From an uncultured Conexibacter sp. (GTDB lineage: Bacteria; Actinomycetota; Thermoleophilia; Solirubrobacterales; Solirubrobacteraceae): a DNA stretch of 64,000 bases. Positions 60,538 through 64,000 of this stretch are shown in pieces. The stretch is taken from positions 16,047 through 80,046 of the forward strand of contig CAZLKZ010000005.1 of NCBI GenBank assembly GCA_964560235.1, in the 5' to 3' direction. Position 1 is the stretch's first letter; the number at the start of each line of letters is the position of its first letter. A model generated the notes under the pieces. It was not told where the DNA came from. It did not search any database and saw only the letters and a program-made list of their open reading frames with translations. The translations under genes were made by a program, and so were the position numbers.

Positions 60538-61038
60538 CTAGCGTTGCCGTGCTGGCTCGGCAAGGAACCAGGGGCCTTTATCGGCGCTCCATAGGTCGAC
60601 CATACGGCGGGTCTTGCCGGGCGACGACAGGATCGCCGCGATATTTGCCAGCCCGTGCTCGTCCGCTGGTTCCGGCGACCCCAAGGACGTGTCGACCCAC
60701 GGCAATATCGCTCTCGGAACCGTTCGTTCGACAACGACCTCCCCATCGACGGCGAGACTCGACCGAAGCCCGCGATACGAACTCGCGTGCCGGACCTCGG
60801 TGCCGGGCAGAAGGGCGAAAGACCGCTTGCCGACGTTGAGCTGCAAACTGTCAAGTCCAGCTGGCCGGAACAACGCTACGAACCGTCCGCCACAAGGCAC
60901 CCCGAGGCCAGCGCAACCATGCCGGCTTAGGTCTGTCGGACGCCAGTAGCGTTTGCCCCGACCGGTAGCGGGGTCGAATAGGTACATGCGCGTCGGCCAC
61001 TCCCCTGACAGCCAGATCTTTGCACCGGCCGGAATCAT
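60538..61038 (-). CDS. Hypothetical protein, candidate orphan immunity protein
   Basis: ATGA overlap with the upstream small ORF; atypical codon use; position in the RHS cassette. Confidence 0.45.
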   Translation of the reverse strand: MIPAGAKIWLSGEWPTRMYLFDPATGRGKRYWRPTDLSRHGCAGLGVPCGGRFVALFRPAGLDSLQLNVGKRSFALLPGTEVRHASSYRGLRSSLAVDGEVVVERTVPRAILPWVDTSLGSPEPADEHGLANIAAILSSPGKTRRMVDLWSADKGPWFLAEPARQR

Positions 61039-61217
61039 CGGAGCCCGCCGGGCCGGTCGTAGCGCCGACTTGTCTTTCCAGCGCCGACGATGTTCTCGAA
61101 GTTCGACTTGCCTGCATTGCGCAGCTGTTCATAGCTCGGACCGAGCTTGTCCCCGTGCTGATCCTGTTCCTTGATTCGTGAGACGACCGCACTCTGCGAG
61201 GCCCCGCCCGGACTCAC
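61035..61217 (-). pseudogene. Probable orphan toxin C-terminal remnant
   Basis: HGDKLGPSYEQLRNAGKS resembles the G..LGP.YE.L...GKS pattern I recall from RHS toxin tips; in-frame stop just upstream. Confidence 0.45.
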
Positions 61218-61582
61218 GATTGCTTAAGTCGGATCGACCCTATGAGGCCTCCGACCCTGGGAGCCACGGGGACCACATACCCATCCTGCAAACGCGCAGG
61301 CAGAGCGTTACACGGCGTGTCACCTTCGGGCGGATCGAGGATGGGGTGCCCCTCATGCCGCGCAGTCACGATTAGCCATTCCGCCTTTTCCCCCTTCCAG
61401 GGGATCGGTTCAGCCAGTAGTACACAACGCGGGCCAAGCGCTTGCCATTGTGGACCGGCTCGGAGTGTTGCGTCAGGGACCAGCACACCCGGCAGAAGGG
61501 GCGTCCCGTGCGTGTCCTGGAACTCCCATGGGTCGGACACCGTGAAGACGACCAGGTGGCCGCCACTAGGCGAATCAATCAT
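61214..61582 (-). CDS. Putative cognate immunity protein
   Basis: ATGA overlap with the RHS stop; 122 aa. Confidence 0.55.
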   Translation of the reverse strand: MIDSPSGGHLVVFTVSDPWEFQDTHGTPLLPGVLVPDATLRAGPQWQALGPRCVLLAEPIPWKGEKAEWLIVTARHEGHPILDPPEGDTPCNALPARLQDGYVVPVAPRVGGLIGSIRLKQS

Positions 61583-64000
61583 CTAAATACCCTCTCGACT
61601 GTCGCAGGAATGTCGCCCGTAGCGGTGCGCTCAAGTCCTCCACCAGGCATCCCGTAGTCCGGGGCCACGCGAGTCCCCGGACCGAACTTCCCCTGAGGGA
61701 CTCTCAGTTGAACTCGGACGTCCGGGGTGTGGTCAAGCGATAGTCGCTGGCGCGCGCGCCGGGCGCTGGAATTCGCGGCGTCGGTTGCGTAATGCGTACC
61801 CGGTCGCCCCCCTCTGAGCAGGCCCGTTGAACGAGTCGCCGCAAGCTCGCTACTCGACATCCACCTCTCCACAACCTCAGTTCCGCGCCGTCCGGCCCTG
61901 CCCGCCTTCAGCCAACCGGTCCCCGGAACCGCGAACGACGCGATTTCTCCGATCCCGGCCGCGGGGCCGCAGAGTCCAGCGCCGTTGGTGCCGGCGATCC
62001 TCTCGCTTATCCCGAAGGTCAACCCGTCTAAGAACCCCCGTGCCCCGAGCGACACGTCCATGAACGACAGCAATCCGCTCGGGTCGATCGCATTGACCGG
62101 ATCGCCGCCAACATACGCGTACAGCGACGTATCCCCACCCGCGAAGCCGATTGGATCCTTGGCCATCCAGCGACCAAGCTCGGGTGAGTAGTCACGCGCC
62201 CCAAACAGCACCAGGCCTGTGTCGGGGTCCGTCAGTCCTCCCGCGAACCCGAACGGCTGGAACCCAGGCGAGGTATCCGAGGTGACCCGTCCATACGGGT
62301 CGTACGCGAGCGACTGCACAACATCGCCCGTGTCAGCGCGAACTACTTTCCGCACGCTCCCGAGCTGATCGGTCACGAACCGGTAGCGCACTCCGTCGCG
62401 CTCGAAGTACGCCGGGACAACAGGGCTCGCGCCGTAGACGTACCTCGTCTTGACCGAACCATCCGCGGCCAACTCCGCGACCGGACCATACGAGCGCTGC
62501 CCGTATAGCCACGTAGCCTTGCGTACCCCGTCGACCGACCGGCCTACTCGCCTGCCTAGGCCATCGGTCAGGTACGCGACTTCGCGACCGTCCGGCAACT
62601 TCGCAGAAGTCATCTGGCCGAACCCGTTGTAGCCGTACCGCGTCACGGCGGCGCCGTCGGTGCGCGTCAGCAGATTCCCGGTTGCCGAGTACCCGAACGT
62701 CACCGTCCCATTGCGTGTCAGCCGATCCTGGTCATCGAACTGCGCCGTTACAACCGGCCCCGAGCCCTCACGGGCCGTTTCTCGGTTGCCGTTTGCGTCA
62801 TACGTGTACGTACGCCAACGGGCCCCGTTCAGGTCGACCGTCTCGAGTTGCCCAAGCGCGTTATATCCGTAGGCGAAGGTTCGAGTCTGGCCACCCTCCA
62901 CCTCCGTGAGCGTCTTGACCCGCCCGAGCCCGTCGCGATCGAACGTATGCGAAAGCAGGCTGGTACCGCCGGCGGCATACCCGAGAGTCTTCGACTCGCC
63001 GTAGCTGTCGAACGTGTGGCTGGTAGTGACCGATCCAACCGTTGAGCTTTGCACTACCCCACTCGACGGCTTCCGTATGTAGGTGAGGGCGCCAGCGGTT
63101 GTCAGCAGCCCGTCGTCGTCATAGCCGAAGTCGATCTGCAGCCCCCCGACCTTCTCAGACGAGAGGAGGAGGTTCGTGTTGTAGCCGTACTCGACCGTTC
63201 CAGCTACCGGCCCCGCCCACTGTTCGCGGGTGACTAGTGGACCGTCGTACCCGTACTCGACGTGCTGACTGCCGTTGCTGATGCGGTCGAGGGTGCGTGC
63301 ACCGTCGGCCTGGTAGCGGAACGCCACCTCGTCTGCCCCGGCGCTCACGGTCTTCGGCCGCCCCGCCGTGTCGTAGGCGTAGCTCGTCGAGTTGCCACCG
63401 GGCTGGGTAAACGACTTCAGCTGCCCGTCGGAGTTGTACGAGTAGCGCTCAGTCGCGTCCGCCACCCCGGCTATCGCAGGCGGGGTCTCGGTCTCTAGCC
63501 GTCCACCCTTCGAGATGCCAAACCTGTGCTGTGGCCTGCTCGGCGGTGTAACGGACGTGACTCGTCCCGCCTTGTCGTAACCGAAGCCGATCTCCCGACC
63601 GTCAGAAAGTCGCTTGGCGATCGTGCGGCCCGCCCGGTCGTAGCGGTACCCCTCATCAACTTGCTCGGGTCCCTCGATCCGTGAGAGGTTGCCGCTTGTG
63701 TCGTAGGAGTAGGTCCAGGTCCGGGTGCCCTGCTTGATCTGATCGACACGGCCACGGTTGTCGTACCGGGTCCTGACGGGATCGATGTCGGGAGCGCGAG
63801 CCTCGACCTCGCGCCCGCGGTCGTCGAGCACCGACTCTGCGATCCGTCCCGCTGCCGACGTGCCTTTGGCGGTCCTGTTGGCCGCTGTGTAGACGACCGT
63901 GCTGACCTTGCCGTTGGTGGTCGCCGTCTCCTTAAGCTCGGTATGCGAGAACCAGTCAGCGGTCTGGGAGACCTTCGCGGTCCGGTTGCGCGTGACCGAC
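61579..64000 (-). CDS. RHS/YD-repeat polymorphic toxin (teneurin-like shell); N-terminus outside the window
   Basis: Many YD repeats; FQPFGFAGGLTDPDTGLVLFGARDY...GRW...DP; YVGGDPVNAIDPSGL cleavage motif. The frame stays open from 63831 to the window end. Confidence 0.93.
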   Translation of the reverse strand, partial: SVTRNRTAKVSQTADWFSHTELKETATTNGKVSTVVYTAANRTAKGTSAAGRIAESVLDDRGREVEARAPDIDPVRTRYDNRGRVDQIKQGTRTWTYSYDTSGNLSRIEGPEQVDEGYRYDRAGRTIAKRLSDGREIGFGYDKAGRVTSVTPPSRPQHRFGISKGGRLETETPPAIAGVADATERYSYNSDGQLKSFTQPGGNSTSYAYDTAGRPKTVSAGADEVAFRYQADGARTLDRISNGSQHVEYGYDGPLVTREQWAGPVAGTVEYGYNTNLLLSSEKVGGLQIDFGYDDDGLLTTAGALTYIRKPSSGVVQSSTVGSVTTSHTFDSYGESKTLGYAAGGTSLLSHTFDRDGLGRVKTLTEVEGGQTRTFAYGYNALGQLETVDLNGARWRTYTYDANGNRETAREGSGPVVTAQFDDQDRLTRNGTVTFGYSATGNLLTRTDGAAVTRYGYNGFGQMTSAKLPDGREVAYLTDGLGRRVGRSVDGVRKATWLYGQRSYGPVAELAADGSVKTRYVYGASPVVPAYFERDGVRYRFVTDQLGSVRKVVRADTGDVVQSLAYDPYGRVTSDTSPGFQPFGFAGGLTDPDTGLVLFGARDYSPELGRWMAKDPIGFAGGDTSLYAYVGGDPVNAIDPSGLLSFMDVSLGARGFLDGLTFGISERIAGTNGAGLCGPAAGIGEIASFAVPGTGWLKAGRAGRRGTEVVERWMSSSELAATRSTGLLRGGRPGTHYATDAANSSARRARQRLSLDHTPDVRVQLRVPQGKFGPGTRVAPDYGMPGGGLERTATGDIPATVERVFR

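Noticed and set aside
60500-64000. Prophage or integrative element around the RHS locus
   Set aside because: No integrase, att-like repeat, tRNA or phage gene is visible in the window

Overview
High-GC actinobacterial chromosome segment. Gene content and protein style suggest class Thermoleophilia/Solirubrobacterales (inference). Core loci: F0F1 ATP synthase operon, metH, type III glnA divergent from amtB-glnK, TPP-riboswitch-controlled thiXYZ-like ABC transporter, two MoxR/VWA systems, HtrA, an ECF sigma/anti-sigma pair with two fasciclin genes, and wecA plus a glycosyltransferase. The most striking region is 0.2-30 kb. A serine-palmitoyltransferase-like gene and a bacterial-ceramide-synthase-like (YghO/bCerS) gene are divergent across a 29-bp gap. 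They lie next to a self-contained Mce/Mla lipid-transport operon (2 permeases, ATPase, 6 MCE proteins) that runs directly into an MmpL/RND transporter and a thioredoxin-like protein. An LppX/LprG-like lipoprotein, a secreted D-glucuronyl C5-epimerase-like protein and a Get3/ArsA-crystallin ATPase lie nearby. Together these suggest a candidate sphingolipid synthesis-and-trafficking envelope system in a nominally monoderm lineage. The right end carries a truncated teneurin-like RHS toxin with an immunity gene and an orphan cassette. No rRNA, tRNA, CRISPR array, integrase or transposase was recognised. All family calls are from motif recognition by eye, without database searches.
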